From assembly GCA_030704615.1 (NCBI GenBank), contig CM060731.1, positions 20,460,001-20,524,000 on the forward strand: a DNA stretch of 64,000 bases. The letters run 5' to 3'. The notes beneath the pieces are model-generated. The model was not told the origin of the DNA. It ran no database searches and saw only the letters and a program-made list of their open reading frames with translations. Both the position numbers and the translations under genes were made by a program. Below are positions 63,340 to 64,000 of the stretch, piece by piece (within the stretch, counting starts at the first letter, position 1; each line of letters begins with the position of its first letter). The stretch is from Takakia lepidozioides (taxonomy: Eukaryota > Plantae > Bryophyta).

Positions 63340-64000
63340 AGGGCTTCACCACTTCCCCCATCAATTTGTTCATAGGTCTCCAAAGCCTCCATCCCGTGCC
63401 CCTGCTGTGCATACCCTGCAAGCATAGCGTTCCACGACACCACATTTCTTTCAACCACAGTGTTGAAAACTCCCTTCGCATCCTCGATCCACCCACATTT
63501 GGCATATGTCCATCAGGGCAGTGTTTCAGGATGAATGTGCTGCAATTCCAGCATTGACGATGTCATCACGGACCTCTTTCCCATTTTCCAGGGCTCCCAG
63601 GTTTGCACACACATTGCAACCTTGGTACAATTCGAGCTTTGATGATGTCACCATGCACCCTTTGCCCTTTTCCAGGGCTGCCAGGCTTGCACAAGCATTG
63701 CAAACGCACACAAACGTGATGTGGTCGCACTTCACCCCTTACCCATCATTTGCTCATAGGTCTCCAAGGCCTCCATCCCGCGCCCCTGCTGTGCATATCC
63801 TGCAAGCATGGCATTCCATGACACCAAATATCGTTCAGCCATACTGTTGAACACTTCATCCGCATCTTTAATGCACCCACATTTGGCATACATGTCCACG
63901 AGGGTATTGTTCAGAATCACATCTGGTACAATTCCAGCTTTGGCGATGCAACCATGCATCTCTTTGCCCTTTTCCAGGGCTGCCAGGCTTGCACACAAAC
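63340..64000 (-). pseudogene. PLS PPR fragment continuing beyond the window
   Basis: CASLAALEKGKEMHG...LVDMYAKCGCIKDADEVFNSM. Confidence 0.85.

Overview
Eukaryotic nuclear DNA, most likely from a non-seed land plant. The evidence is spliceosomal introns, a phytoene synthase, many PLS/DYW PPR relics, a DEK1 fragment and a CEP120-like centriolar fragment; the species cannot be determined from the sequence. The main object is a young ~12 kb Ty3/Gypsy retrotransposon (2594-14614, 4-bp TSD AGTG) with five unusual properties. (1) A DNMT3-like C5-cytosine methyltransferase domain sits between protease and RT. (2) The integrase ends in a PHD finger. (3) The PBS is complementary to the element's own LTR (self-priming type). 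(4) The 5' leader holds captured host-gene fragments (RPL8) and an extra intact ORF. (5) The terminal repeats are circularly permuted (B-internal-A-GC-B-T-A), exactly what a 2-LTR circle gives when opened at an internal GACA^GC^TGTC palindrome and integrated. The rest of the window holds two apparently intact genes (PSY and a nepenthesin-like aspartic protease) and a SEC-C/SRP54-M-like gene. It also holds gene relics (plastid RPL9 retrocopy, DEK1, CEP120-like, DnaJ-like), LINE/copia/MITE/foldback debris and a rearranged cluster of degenerate PLS-DYW PPR genes (45-64 kb). Family assignments come from motif recognition by eye; no database search was run.
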